Below, piece after piece: positions 1 through 11,205 of a stretch of 64,000 bases of DNA. The notes under the pieces are model-generated. The model had not been told where the DNA came from. It searched no databases and saw nothing but the letters and a program-made list of their open reading frames with translations. Where the stretch lies: the NCBI GenBank assembly GCA_965218785.1, contig OZ244650.1:1344001-1408000 (forward strand), given 5' to 3'. The position numbers and the translations under genes were made by a program. This stretch comes from Nitrosopumilus sp. GTDB taxonomy: Archaea; Thermoproteota; Nitrososphaeria; Nitrososphaerales; Nitrosopumilaceae. How positions within the stretch are numbered: the first letter of the stretch is position 1; each line of letters opens with the position of its first letter.

Positions 1-6
1 TCAATT

Positions 7-216
7 ATGTCTAGTAAGGAAGACGAGTTTCTAATATCAATGGAAGACTTGGAACAATACAAAGGAAAGTGGATTGCTATTCTAGATGACAAGGTAATTG
101 CCGCAGATAAAATTCTTTCCAAGGCATATTCTGAGGCAATACGAAATTCAAAAGGCAGGTCACCCTTGTTTGAATACATACCAGAAAAACTAGATAACCA
201 GACATTAATCCTTTAG
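7..216 (+). CDS. DUF5678-like small protein
   Basis: 69 aa; 'LEQYKGKWIAILDDKVIAAD...AY.EA......P....IP' pattern typical of DUF5678. Confidence 0.65.
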   Translation: MSSKEDEFLISMEDLEQYKGKWIAILDDKVIAADKILSKAYSEAIRNSKGRSPLFEYIPEKLDNQTLIL

Positions 217-312
217 ACATACACCAGAGTCAACAAGAAACGCATTTGTATAACCGGCATCGTTAATCGAACACGGCAGAATTGGATATGAACGTGTTAT
301 GTTTTCCCCCAT
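205..312 (-). pseudogene. Truncated retropepsin-like aspartic protease remnant
   Basis: My translation: MGENITRSYPILPCSINDAGYTNAFLVDSGVCLKD*; LVDSG catalytic-type motif; lies just downstream of the DUF5678-like gene at 341..523. Confidence 0.45.
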
Positions 313-340
313 CTATAATAGAATGATACTTGAGTTTTTT

Positions 341-523
341 TCAAAGTATGAGCGTTTCACATAAAGGAGAAGCAAGAATGGTGGGCATCTTTGTAGGATA
401 TTTTTTCCCCAATTTCATTACAAGCGTATCATAATCCTTGTTTTTTAAGACAACCTTATTGTCAACAATCCCCAGCCACAACGCAGAATCCTTTTTCATA
501 ACTTTGATTTTAATTTCTGTCAT
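341..523 (-). CDS. DUF5678-like small protein (second copy)
   Basis: 60 aa; WLGIVDNKVV...KYP; ends in TLIL like the 7..216 protein. Confidence 0.5.
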   Translation of the reverse strand: MTEIKIKVMKKDSALWLGIVDNKVVLKNKDYDTLVMKLGKKYPTKMPTILASPLCETLIL

Positions 524-773
524 ATATACACCAGCATTATTACTTTGTATTTTTTTAATAAACCTTGGGGGCTCGTAATGGCAGCATCAAGAGTTGAAAC
601 CTTAGACATGGGTTTGATTCCCAGTCCATTATTTCCAACTGGCTCCTCTTACGCCTCTAAAACCCGTATTTGTTGTAGAGTCTGACGAAGGGTGATCAAA
701 TCAGTCCACCAGACCCATCAGAATGTCACGACTGAGTTGGACACCCCCAAGACACGGCACATCCGAACTGCCG

Positions 774-1256
774 CTAGTCCCCCCCATCTAAAACCTTCTT
801 CAGATGTCTTTCATAAAACTCCCTAAATGACGTGTTCATGTCCTTTTCATGGTCAAGACACCTGTTGCTGTGTTTGGTAATCTGCTCCTTTATCTCCCTG
901 CTCCACTGGCTTTGCTGCATGTCCTTTGGATTAATGATTGACGGGTTTTCCTTTATCTTCTCCATTATCTCAATTAATGTCAATCCAAGCTGGTGGAATT
1001 TGCTTGCATGCAGCAGAAACATCTGCGATTCCTCATTGTTAACTAATCTCATCAGCAGATACGCCTGATGATAATACTCTGCGCCCTTTTCATTATACCT
1101 CTTAAAATCCTTGATTCTTTTCTCCCAGTATTTTTTGGACGGCTTTTTTTCCACTTTGTAACTAAACCGGATCTGACCGAGCTGCATTCCCAGCGCCGCC
1201 AGCTTGTCGCTGTGTTCCATGACTGCCTTTTTTAGGTCTTTTTTGTCCTGATCCAC
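774..1256 (-). CDS. Hypothetical helical protein
   Basis: 160 aa ORF co-oriented with the trxB cluster. Confidence 0.75.
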   Translation of the reverse strand: MDQDKKDLKKAVMEHSDKLAALGMQLGQIRFSYKVEKKPSKKYWEKRIKDFKRYNEKGAEYYHQAYLLMRLVNNEESQMFLLHASKFHQLGLTLIEIMEKIKENPSIINPKDMQQSQWSREIKEQITKHSNRCLDHEKDMNTSFREFYERHLKKVLDGGD

Positions 1257-1285
1257 GGATTTTGATGCCTGACTTGCAATAAAGG

Positions 1286-1504
1286 TTAGAGTGTCTTCTT
1301 CTTCTTCCAGGCCTTATCTGACTCTGCCAGATAAAACATCATACAGTCCGCACAAAACGAATCCCACACGCCGATTCCCAGTCTTTTAAAGAATTCCAGC
1401 GACCAGTGATACGTCGGTATTTTTCGGTATTCGAACTGCTGGATGGTATAGATATCCTTCCTCTCAAACCGCTTCAGACATCTTTTGCACTGCGCGTCCT
1501 TCAT
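1286..1504 (-). CDS. Small Cys-containing hypothetical protein (CxxC...CxxC)
   Basis: 72 aa; CKRC and CADC; start overlaps trxB stop. Confidence 0.75.
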   Translation of the reverse strand: MKDAQCKRCLKRFERKDIYTIQQFEYRKIPTYHWSLEFFKRLGIGVWDSFCADCMMFYLAESDKAWKKKKTL

Positions 1505-2526
1505 CGCTTGATGTCTGCGAGTTCCGTGAGATATTTGTCCACGTCAATTGCCGCCATGCAGCCATACCCCGCGGCAGTCACTGCCTGCCTGTAACTTTTG
1601 TCATGCACGTCTCCGGCGGCAAAGACACCTTTGACACTGGTATGTGTCTTTTCCTTTAGAACTACATATCCTTGGTCGTCTAGCTCAACTTGTCCTCCAA
1701 ATAACTTTGTGTTGGGCTCGTGTCCGATGGCAACAAAAAGCCCTCCCACGTCAAGTGTTGATTCCCCGTCTGTCTTTAAATTTTTTAGAACCGCCTGCCG
1801 CATCTTTTGGTCCCCCTTGATATCCACTATGGCAGAATTCCAGTGAAACTTTATCTTTTCATTGTTAAATGCCCTCTCCTGCATCACCTTGCTTGCACGT
1901 AGCTGGTCTCTTCTATGAACCACATGGACTGTAGTTGCAAATTTTGTCAGAAACGTAGCCTCTTCTATGGCCGAATCCCCGCCTCCTGCGACTGCCAATT
2001 CCTGGTTTCTAAAGAACGGACCGTCACATGTGGCACAGTATGAAACGCCCTTTCCTGCAAACGTTTGTTCTCCTTCCAGCCCCAGTTTTCTGGGATTTGC
2101 CCCCGTTGCAATGATCACCGCGCGCCCTTCATATTCCTCAGATGCAGTCAGAACCTTGAGCGGCTCGTGTCTGAAATCAACATCGACTGCCTCGTCATCG
2201 ACAATCGTGGTTCCCATCTTCTGACACTGCTTTCTCATATCAATCATCAGATCAGGACCCATTATCCCATTTTCAAATCCGGGATAATTCTCAACCTCGG
2301 TGGTGTTGACTAGCTGCCCTCCGGGCAGTATGCCTGAGAGAATCAACGTGTCATATCCCGCCCTTGAACAGTAGATTCCCGCCGTATATCCGGAGGGTCC
2401 CGCCCCGATAATTATTATATCAAACTTTGTCCTTGCCTTCTCTGGTGTCTTTGGTTCGTCATCCCTGGTCTCAAGGACCGTTGCACCATCGTCTGCGGCC
2501 ATCATGTTCATCTGGGCATACTTCAA
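1501..2526 (-). CDS. trxB: Thioredoxin-disulfide reductase
   Basis: GAGPSG FAD motif, CATCDG redox centre, GGGDSA NADPH motif, FAAGDV. Confidence 0.97.
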   Translation of the reverse strand: MKYAQMNMMAADDGATVLETRDDEPKTPEKARTKFDIIIIGAGPSGYTAGIYCSRAGYDTLILSGILPGGQLVNTTEVENYPGFENGIMGPDLMIDMRKQCQKMGTTIVDDEAVDVDFRHEPLKVLTASEEYEGRAVIIATGANPRKLGLEGEQTFAGKGVSYCATCDGPFFRNQELAVAGGGDSAIEEATFLTKFATTVHVVHRRDQLRASKVMQERAFNNEKIKFHWNSAIVDIKGDQKMRQAVLKNLKTDGESTLDVGGLFVAIGHEPNTKLFGGQVELDDQGYVVLKEKTHTSVKGVFAAGDVHDKSYRQAVTAAGYGCMAAIDVDKYLTELADIKR

Positions 2527-2551
2527 TAATTTAAGTGAATATCCCCTTTAA

Positions 2552-3346
2552 TCATTTAGGGTTTACAGACGGACCATCTTTTAATTCATGTAACATCCCC
2601 TGGTGCCTTTTGCAGAGTCCCCGGTTTACCGTCTGTGAGCAAAAAAGTTCCTTCTGCCAGTGGGCATTAAACAGCCCGCAGTCTTTATCAGCACAGAATG
2701 CCTCTCCTGTCTCAAAGTACATGACTGCCTGCAGCAGGTATCGCTCTGCCATGTGTGATGTTCGTGAATCGTGGTACTCTAGAAACTCCCCCCGGTATCT
2801 TTTTTTAATTTCAGCTGCATCCTCCCCTGAAAAACACGTCATCAGATCCAGATAGTACTGCCTGGATTTTGCAGGCGCCTCGATCATTCCTGTTGTTGAG
2901 ATTATTGCGGGGTTGGATCCGATCAGCGCCCTTGCGTGATACCTAGAGTCGTTCTCATCAAAGGTACACATGAGCCTGTCTGTAAAAATTACGTGCAGGG
3001 TGTCTGTCCTGTTTTGATCTGCCGGGATGGATTCTGCTGCCGTCTTGTAGAGTTCAAATCCGTCGTATGGTACTGCCTTGCCTTGCTCGTCGATGTCTAT
3101 ATCTTGCATCTCCGCTGAAACATCCGCAGATGCTGGCTCGTATCCCTCAAGCGGTTTTTTCAAATCAAAAATACGGGCACCAGCAATCCTTTCAGAGATC
3201 TTCTCATCTGAGATCCGAAAGAGACTGTCTCTGATCTCCGTCTGTACCGGAAACGTTTTTGCAAGAAATCCGGCCAGTTTCTTTATTTGTATCTCCGCAA
3301 CCCTGGGCTCGTTATACAGGATGATTTTACGGATTTTCAATGACAT
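2552..3346 (-). CDS. Putative metallopeptidase-like protein (DUF6775-like)
   Basis: TFDENDSRYHAR, IISTTGMIEAPAK, C-terminal C..C..C cluster. Confidence 0.6.
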   Translation of the reverse strand: MSLKIRKIILYNEPRVAEIQIKKLAGFLAKTFPVQTEIRDSLFRISDEKISERIAGARIFDLKKPLEGYEPASADVSAEMQDIDIDEQGKAVPYDGFELYKTAAESIPADQNRTDTLHVIFTDRLMCTFDENDSRYHARALIGSNPAIISTTGMIEAPAKSRQYYLDLMTCFSGEDAAEIKKRYRGEFLEYHDSRTSHMAERYLLQAVMYFETGEAFCADKDCGLFNAHWQKELFCSQTVNRGLCKRHQGMLHELKDGPSVNPK

Positions 3347-3807
3347 GCTGTTTTTGTGACGGCATATCTTTCTAACTGATTTGAGACAACAAGGTTGCTT
3401 TTGTAGGCTGTTTAGCAGGCATCTGTATAATCAAAAAACGCACTTGGTTGTTCTCAGACAGGATTCCCAGTTGTCATTTCCGTTTTTTCTGGCATAACAA
3501 TACTGTATTGTATGCCTGTACCACGAGGAAAAGCTCCAGATATTCATGCTGTTTTGATTTATCGATATATGACTGACAGGCATTAAAACGACGTGAAATT
3601 CAAAACCGTCTGTTGCACGATACCGCGGCAGTATCGTTGTTTTAAATCCCCACGTATTGCATGGATAAACGCAGGAGATGTATAATTTGAGATTATATTC
3701 CGCAGCGCATCTGATGAATCAACAGTCACCTGCACGACATCCACCAGTCTTACCTGCAGTGATGTGAAAACAATGTGCAAGATGGTAAAACCGGCTAAAA
3801 CAATGGA

Positions 3808-4626
3808 TTATCTTTCCAGCTCTTTGATCTTTGCCGCCGTAATTTCGGCTGCCTTTTTCCCGGAATACAGCATTGAACCAAACGTCGGGCCCATCCGTGC
3901 AAGCCCGTGTGTCTCTGTAACTGACATGCCTGCTGCAATCAGCCCCGGATACACCTCGCCTGTCTTTTCAACGACGTGCTCCTCCCCGTCATTTACAAAC
4001 ATTGGCTCCATTCCCTTCCACTGCACCAGTCCGCGGTCCACGAGTCTTTTTACTGCCACAGAATCATGGCCTGACGCATCAATGATCACCTTTGCCTCAA
4101 AGGCGATCGGATCAACACAGGTGATGTTGCGTGGCAGTGCTGAAACCGGCATCCAGTTGACGACGATTCCCGTAACCCTGTTGTTTTTTAGTACCAGATC
4201 ATCGAACTTTGTGAGCTGCAGGAACTTTACCCCCGCATCACAGGCGCCTGCAATCAGCTTTGATACCGCATGCGGTCCTGGCGTCAGGTATAGCCCGTCT
4301 GAAACCTTTTTGTACGGGATTCCAAGTTCGTCCCAGATTTTCTGTGCAGGCTCCCTGACGGTGACGGGATTCATCATGTATCCCCCCAGCCAGTAGCCGC
4401 CACCCAGATAGTTGTTCTGCTCGATAACTAGAACCTTGTAACCCATGTTTGAGAGCTCCCTGCTGGCAGTCAGTCCTGCAGGGCCAGCACCAATTATGAT
4501 GACGTCTGATTCTGCCCTGTCAATTAGAACGCTGTGAAACTCGTTTGCAATAGCGCGTGTTATCTCCACCTCGCGCACGTTTGTAAATATTTTAGTAGAC
4601 TGCTGTGCAACTGTTGCCTCTTGCAT
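3808..4626 (-). CDS. thi4: Thiazole synthase THI4
   Basis: IIGAGPAGL, LGGG.W.GG, CVDP, DASGHD, RMGPTFGSMLYSG. Confidence 0.95.
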   Translation of the reverse strand: MQEATVAQQSTKIFTNVREVEITRAIANEFHSVLIDRAESDVIIIGAGPAGLTASRELSNMGYKVLVIEQNNYLGGGYWLGGYMMNPVTVREPAQKIWDELGIPYKKVSDGLYLTPGPHAVSKLIAGACDAGVKFLQLTKFDDLVLKNNRVTGIVVNWMPVSALPRNITCVDPIAFEAKVIIDASGHDSVAVKRLVDRGLVQWKGMEPMFVNDGEEHVVEKTGEVYPGLIAAGMSVTETHGLARMGPTFGSMLYSGKKAAEITAAKIKELER

Positions 4627-4806
4627 GCCTTGATTCTCCCTCTGAATAATTAATACGTTCCCACAAATTTTTTTGAAAATTAGGTGATACTAACTAATCA
4701 GGTTGAAATGGGCAGAAAAGCAGGAAGATTATGCAGATAGTTGAAAACATGCCTCCTAAAACTGCACATATCAAAAATTTATATCCAAACTAGGAGAACC
4801 TGTGGT

Positions 4807-6642
4807 ATGACAGTATATGATCCGGATTCATCAAACAGTAATGCCTCCAAGATAAACTGGGCCAGAACCGAAGAGGCAGACAATTTTGCCAAAACAGTAA
4901 AGTTGTTCCGCCAGGGCAGGTATGATGCGGACAGTTTTAGAAGATTCAGACTGCAGCACGGGGCATATGGCACGCGAATGACTAGCGACTATGCGATGGT
5001 CCGGATAAAGGTTCCCGCCGGTGAGATCCGGCCAGAACAGCTTGAAAGGATATCCCAGCTAAGCGAGCAGTTCTCGATTGGCAGTGCCCATTTTTCCACA
5101 AGAGAAAACATCCAGCTTCACTGGGTGGTACTAGAAGACGTCTCAGAGATACTACATGGTCTTGCCGATGTCGGACTGACATCAAGGGAGGCGTGTGGAA
5201 ACACGGTACGAAACGTAATGTGCAGTCCCATGTCAGGTGTGTGCCCCGATGAGGAATTTGATGCCACCCCGTATGCCCTGGCAACTGCCAGGTTCTTTTT
5301 GCGGAACCCGATGGCCCAGAATCTTCCACGCAAATTCAAGTTCAATTTTACGTGCTGTGAAAAACACGGCATGGCAAGAATGGTCGATGTCGGACTGATT
5401 CCTGCAACCAAGAGATCCGGAGGTGGGGATGCATCTGCAGACGATGTTCAAAAAGGTTTTAAGATATTCCTGGGCGGGGGACTTGGAAACAAGTCGTATG
5501 TGGGCCATCAGCTAGAAGAGTTCACCGCAGAAGAGGACCTGCTGTATACCTCGATTGCAGTAATGAGGATATTTGACAGGATGGGGGACAGGAAAAACCT
5601 TGCAAGAAACAGAATGCGTTATCTTGTAAACGACATGGGATGGGAGAACTTTCAGAACCTCGTGCTAAAGGAGAGGGCCACAGTGCGCGCCACCCAGTCC
5701 GTAGTTACGCAGCTTGACGTTGATGTGACGCCAAACAAGATCAGACGTCCGGTCAGGATTACGGGGGAGGATGGTAATAATAATAATAATAATTCCACAC
5801 AGGATGGTTTTGCAAGATGGCTCAAAACCAACACCGTCAAACAAAAACAGTCCGGCTACCATTCCGTATTTGTCACCCTTGAGGCAGGCGACATCACGGC
5901 AAGCCAGCTTGTATCACTGGCAGACCTTGTCCGTAACTTCTCATCAGAGAACTGCGCCCGGGCAGGTTTCATGCAGAATATCGCGCTGCGGTATGTTCAT
6001 GAGGAGGACCTGCCACCGCTGTATTCCAGTCTGTTAAAGGCAGGACTGGCAAAATCCGGTGCGCTGACCATGGCAGCCCCCATCGGGTGTTCTGGAACGA
6101 CATCGTGCAATCTTGCACTGACTAACTCACACAGGCTCGCAAAGGAGATTCAAAGGAGGTTCCTCGAGCTCAAATTCGACGAGGATGACGATCTTGCAGA
6201 ATCTTCCATAAAGATAAGCGGCTGTCCGAACTCCTGCGGACAGCACGGTATTGCGACCATCGGATTCTTTGGCGGCGGGGGGCGTGTCGGAAAGGACATG
6301 TATGCAAATTATCAAATGTCACTGGGAGGACGCTCTGATGGGGATACCATGCTGGGGCAGACGTGTCTCAGGGTTCCTGCCAAAAGGGTAATCCCGGTAA
6401 TCCTGAAGATAATCGAGGTCTTCAGAGAAAATAAAAAACCAGAAGACACCCTCAAATCCTGGATTCACAGGATCATAGTTGGCAGCGAGGGCTCTAAGAT
6501 AAGCACGGTTAGTGACGTGAAGAAGATTTTAGAGCCGCTGACTGTTCCGCCCTCCAAGGAAGACGATCCGGACTTTTACCTGGATTATGGAAATGATACC
6601 AGCTACCACACAAAGACTGGAAAGGGCGAGTGTGCTGCTTGA
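4807..6642 (+). CDS. Ferredoxin-dependent nitrite/sulfite reductase (siroheme, 4Fe-4S)
   Basis: STRENIQLH, ACGNTVRN, LPRKFK, CSGTTSCNLA, ISGCPNSCGQH; likely start at ATG 4807. Confidence 0.92.
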   Translation: MTVYDPDSSNSNASKINWARTEEADNFAKTVKLFRQGRYDADSFRRFRLQHGAYGTRMTSDYAMVRIKVPAGEIRPEQLERISQLSEQFSIGSAHFSTRENIQLHWVVLEDVSEILHGLADVGLTSREACGNTVRNVMCSPMSGVCPDEEFDATPYALATARFFLRNPMAQNLPRKFKFNFTCCEKHGMARMVDVGLIPATKRSGGGDASADDVQKGFKIFLGGGLGNKSYVGHQLEEFTAEEDLLYTSIAVMRIFDRMGDRKNLARNRMRYLVNDMGWENFQNLVLKERATVRATQSVVTQLDVDVTPNKIRRPVRITGEDGNNNNNNSTQDGFARWLKTNTVKQKQSGYHSVFVTLEAGDITASQLVSLADLVRNFSSENCARAGFMQNIALRYVHEEDLPPLYSSLLKAGLAKSGALTMAAPIGCSGTTSCNLALTNSHRLAKEIQRRFLELKFDEDDDLAESSIKISGCPNSCGQHGIATIGFFGGGGRVGKDMYANYQMSLGGRSDGDTMLGQTCLRVPAKRVIPVILKIIEVFRENKKPEDTLKSWIHRIIVGSEGSKISTVSDVKKILEPLTVPPSKEDDPDFYLDYGNDTSYHTKTGKGECAA

Positions 6643-7439
6643 GTGGATCTGATGCGGTGATGACCGGCGTTGATGCGCTGCGCTCGAAACTGGGGGATAA
6701 AAGCGTCCGAGTAATAGACGTTCGACGTCTGGAGGACTACAAAAAGGATCACATTCCAACTGCGGTAAACCTGCCACTGGCAACTCTTTTGTCTGATGAC
6801 AGCCCCAAGCGCGTTGCCAGTCTTGCAGCCGGTATGGGTATCGATGAGCAGACCCCGGTCGTGATATATGATGATACCTTTGGCGCCCTGGCATCAAGGG
6901 TGGCATGGACGCTTGAATACCTGGGTCACCGGGATGTGACGCTACTTGAGACGACATTTGGCGGCTGGAAGTCACAGGGACTAGAGTGCGACTCGGATAT
7001 TCCGGATGTGCAGACCAAAAAAGAGCACGCAGTTGACTTGCAGCCGGACATCATGGCCACGTCTGATTACCTGGAGGATGCAAGAGGAAGGGACGGTGTA
7101 ATCCTAATTGACAACAGGGAGCGATTAAACTATCTAGAACAGCACATTCCAGGCGCAGTCAGCCTCCCGTACAGGACGCTTGCCAGCAATGAAAAGATTC
7201 TGCGTCCAAAAGAGGAGATGAGGCGGCTGCTAGAAAACCGCGGCATTACCGGGGGCTCTGAGATTATAACGTATTGTGGCAGCGTGGGCACACTATCTGG
7301 TCTGGCATACTATGCCCTAAAATCCGCAGGTCTGCCCAATGCAAAACTATACGTCCGCTCCTTTAAGGAATGGAAGAACCTTCAAAAGCCCACTGAACGG
7401 CAGGAGGATGCCAGCTACTGGGATCTCTCTGCCGAATGA
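6630..7439 (+). CDS. Tandem rhodanese sulfurtransferase
   Basis: IDVR...HIPTA and IDNR...HIPGA, active-site YCGSVG; overlaps the reductase stop (true start may be TTG 6639). Confidence 0.9.
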   Translation: MCCLSGSDAVMTGVDALRSKLGDKSVRVIDVRRLEDYKKDHIPTAVNLPLATLLSDDSPKRVASLAAGMGIDEQTPVVIYDDTFGALASRVAWTLEYLGHRDVTLLETTFGGWKSQGLECDSDIPDVQTKKEHAVDLQPDIMATSDYLEDARGRDGVILIDNRERLNYLEQHIPGAVSLPYRTLASNEKILRPKEEMRRLLENRGITGGSEIITYCGSVGTLSGLAYYALKSAGLPNAKLYVRSFKEWKNLQKPTERQEDASYWDLSAE

Positions 7440-8563
7440 CTGGTTGTTATCTCGCTTCTCAGCTTTTTGGTAATCGTGGCCTCGATGTTGTCAAATAACA
7501 CCATCATCTTGTCCTGGTTGTCAATCAGATAGTCCTCCCCCCTGTCCTTTAATCTGATCTTCCACAGTCTTATCTCCCGGTGCTCGTCAAAAAAGATCTC
7601 AATCATCTGCTGTCCTGACTTTTTAGGATCAATGAACTGATCAAAGATCTCGATGGTCTTCTCGACGTCCTTCTCCTCGATTGCCTCCCTTGCCGTCTGG
7701 ATTGACTGGCTTAGCTCCCTTAAATTCTTGACCGGTCTTGGCAGCGTCTTTCTTGTAATTCCAAACAGGCCTTTCTTTTCCTTGCCGAGCTTCTCTGCAA
7801 CGTTTGCCGCAAGATCATATATTGGAATCTTGCTGAGACCCTCGCGCTTTTCATTTTGTACGATGAGTCCCTTTTCCAGTAGTTTTCTTAGCGCGTTCTC
7901 CGCATCTACCTTGTCCAGAAATGTAGTCCAGACAATCGCGCCGATTGTGTGGTATCCCTGTCGGACGGATTCTAACACCACGACCTCCTGAATTCTTTTA
8001 AAGCCCTCTTCGATTCTGACATTTCTGAAATCCTCGTCGCGGATTGATTTTCTGGCGTTTTTGACATCGATCTCAATGGAGCGTTTTAGCGCCTCTAGTG
8101 ATTCTGGCACCTGGTTTAGCAGTGAGAGAAAGCATGCCTTGTTGTACCATGCCATGTCGTATGTTGGGTCGGACTCTATTGCCTTTTCTGCGGCATCTAG
8201 TGCCTTTGCATACTTTTTCTGCTGATAATGTACCAGTCCTTTCAGATTCCAGGCCTCCGGATTTGTAACATCGATATCGAGGATCCTGTCATATATCCTC
8301 AGGGCCATGTTGTGATCATCTAGATGAAATCTTGCATAACCCATCTTTAGCAGGGTCTCTACGTTGCCGGGATCAATTCTTAGCGCCTGCTCAAAGACTT
8401 CCACTGCCTCTTCTAGCTTTTCATCTGCCATGAGGTTGATCCCTTTTTTGAATAATTTCTTGCGATTATAATCCGAATCCACCAGACCGGTGGTATCCTC
8501 ACTTTTTACAGTCTTTTCATCATCTGACTCTTCCACTGATTTTCTCCCAAACGGTTTTTTCAC
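7415..8563 (-). CDS. TPR repeat protein
   Basis: Several TPR units (EQALRIDP, AWNLKG, AWYNKAC); start re-placed at GTG 8563. Confidence 0.85.
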   Translation of the reverse strand: MKKPFGRKSVEESDDEKTVKSEDTTGLVDSDYNRKKLFKKGINLMADEKLEEAVEVFEQALRIDPGNVETLLKMGYARFHLDDHNMALRIYDRILDIDVTNPEAWNLKGLVHYQQKKYAKALDAAEKAIESDPTYDMAWYNKACFLSLLNQVPESLEALKRSIEIDVKNARKSIRDEDFRNVRIEEGFKRIQEVVVLESVRQGYHTIGAIVWTTFLDKVDAENALRKLLEKGLIVQNEKREGLSKIPIYDLAANVAEKLGKEKKGLFGITRKTLPRPVKNLRELSQSIQTAREAIEEKDVEKTIEIFDQFIDPKKSGQQMIEIFFDEHREIRLWKIRLKDRGEDYLIDNQDKMMVLFDNIEATITKKLRSEITTSHSAERSQ

Positions 8564-8624
8564 TAGCTCAAAATGTAGTTTATCTAGATAAATACCATCC
8601 TTTGCTTGGCATATCTGCGGTATA

Positions 8625-10169
<1,545 letters not shown>

Positions 10170-10190
10170 CTAGGTCAGAAAAGTGATACA

Positions 10191-10475
10191 ATGAGCGAAA
10201 AACCAAACAAGATTGAATTTGAGATGTTAGACTATAAACGGCTCGAAAACGACTTTGTATCCTTTGAACTAGATGACGGGGCCACAGTAAAAGTCAAAGT
10301 TGATCTGGACAAGGTTGGAAAGGCAGTAAATTATAAAAATCCTGACGGGACCCCGCACTATGCAATCAGCACGACAGTCAAACTAGCAGTCATTCCACGC
10401 AACAGAAAATTTTCAGTGGAAAGAAAATCCGTTACGGGAACAGACACAAAACCCCCGGGACAGATGTTTAGTTGA
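10191..10475 (+). CDS. Hypothetical protein
   Basis: 94 aa ORF 21 nt after the collagen gene, same strand. Confidence 0.75.
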   Translation: MSEKPNKIEFEMLDYKRLENDFVSFELDDGATVKVKVDLDKVGKAVNYKNPDGTPHYAISTTVKLAVIPRNRKFSVERKSVTGTDTKPPGQMFS

Positions 10476-10543
10476 CACTCTAGGATTTAGAAAAAGGAAA
10501 ACAATTCGCCGTCTATATGACGATTGTTAGTTTGTAGACGAGC

Positions 10544-10906
10544 TTATCGTCTTTTTCTTTTAGCTGCGGTTCTACGTTTTGGAGCTGCCTTGCGTTTTGG
10601 AGCTGCTTTACGTTTAGCTGCTGTTCTACGTTTTGGAGCTGCCTTGCGTTTTGGAGCTGCTTTACGTTTAGCTGCTGTTCTACGTTTTGGAGCTGCCTTG
10701 CGTTTTGGAGCTGCTTTACGTTTAGCTGCTGTTCTACGTTTTGGAGCTGCCTTGCGTTTAGCTGCTGTTCTACGTTTTGGAGCTGCCTTGCGTTTAGCTG
10801 CTGTTCTACGTTTTGGAGCTGCCTTGCGTTTAGCTGCTGTTCTACGTTTTGGAGCTGCTTTTCTGGTTGAACCACGTTTAGCTGCAGCTTTTCTTTTTGT
10901 AGCCAT
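10544..10906 (-). CDS. Histone H1-like Lys/Arg/Ala/Pro repeat DNA-binding protein
   Basis: 120 aa of (KRRTAA)(KRKAAP) repeats, no acidic residues; ATG start; the other frames are repeat shadows. Confidence 0.8.
   Translation of the reverse strand: MATKRKAAAKRGSTRKAAPKRRTAAKRKAAPKRRTAAKRKAAPKRRTAAKRKAAPKRRTAAKRKAAPKRKAAPKRRTAAKRKAAPKRKAAPKRRTAAKRKAAPKRKAAPKRRTAAKRKRR
10560..10860. repeat. 18-nt-unit tandem repeat (36/54-nt higher-order periods)
   Basis: Repeated gctgctgttctacgtttt / ggagctgccttgcgtttt units. Confidence 0.9.
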
Positions 10907-11022
10907 TGTTGAATCGACCTTTTCATAGTTTTTCAGTGGTTAGACTAAAGAAAGTTATACAAACTGATAACAATTAATCAAGTAACTTTCTGTTCTAAAA
11001 CATTTTTTTGATCGTAAAATTT

Positions 11023-11199
11023 TCAATAAACACTTTCTGCTGACGGTCTTCTGCCTTGTAACCAACTAGTTTTGCCACAAATACTGCATTTGTACTTCCT
11101 TCTACGCTTGTATGTGGCCATTTCCGGAAGAAAAACCAGCTCTTGTTTTGTTTTTGCCATACAAAACCTGCACCATCTCTGCTCATTTTCCTGATCCAT
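11023..11199 (-). CDS. Small zinc-ribbon protein (58 aa, not in ORF track)
   Basis: MDQENEQRWCRFCMAK...KYKCSICGKTSWLQGRRPSAESVY*; two CxxC; ATG 6 nt after the GTPase stop. Confidence 0.75.
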   Translation of the reverse strand: MDQENEQRWCRFCMAKTKQELVFLPEMATYKRRRKYKCSICGKTSWLQGRRPSAESVY

Positions 11200-11205
11200 T
11201 TTACG

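Noticed and set aside
566-636. tRNA-like segment (gtaatggcagcat D-like part; tggg-tttgatt-ccca T-like arm)
   Set aside because: Acceptor and anticodon stems do not pair convincingly and the T-loop is non-canonical; at most a decayed tRNA, and needs tRNAscan-SE/ARAGORN.
10513-10928. ORFs 10513..10926 (-) and 10524..10928 (+); array-like appearance
   Set aside because: Alternative-frame shadows of the H1-like repeat; there are no unique spacers, so this is not a CRISPR array.
10995-11186. 63-aa ORF in the track
   Set aside because: The overlapping 58-aa frame (11023..11199) has two CxxC motifs and better operon spacing.
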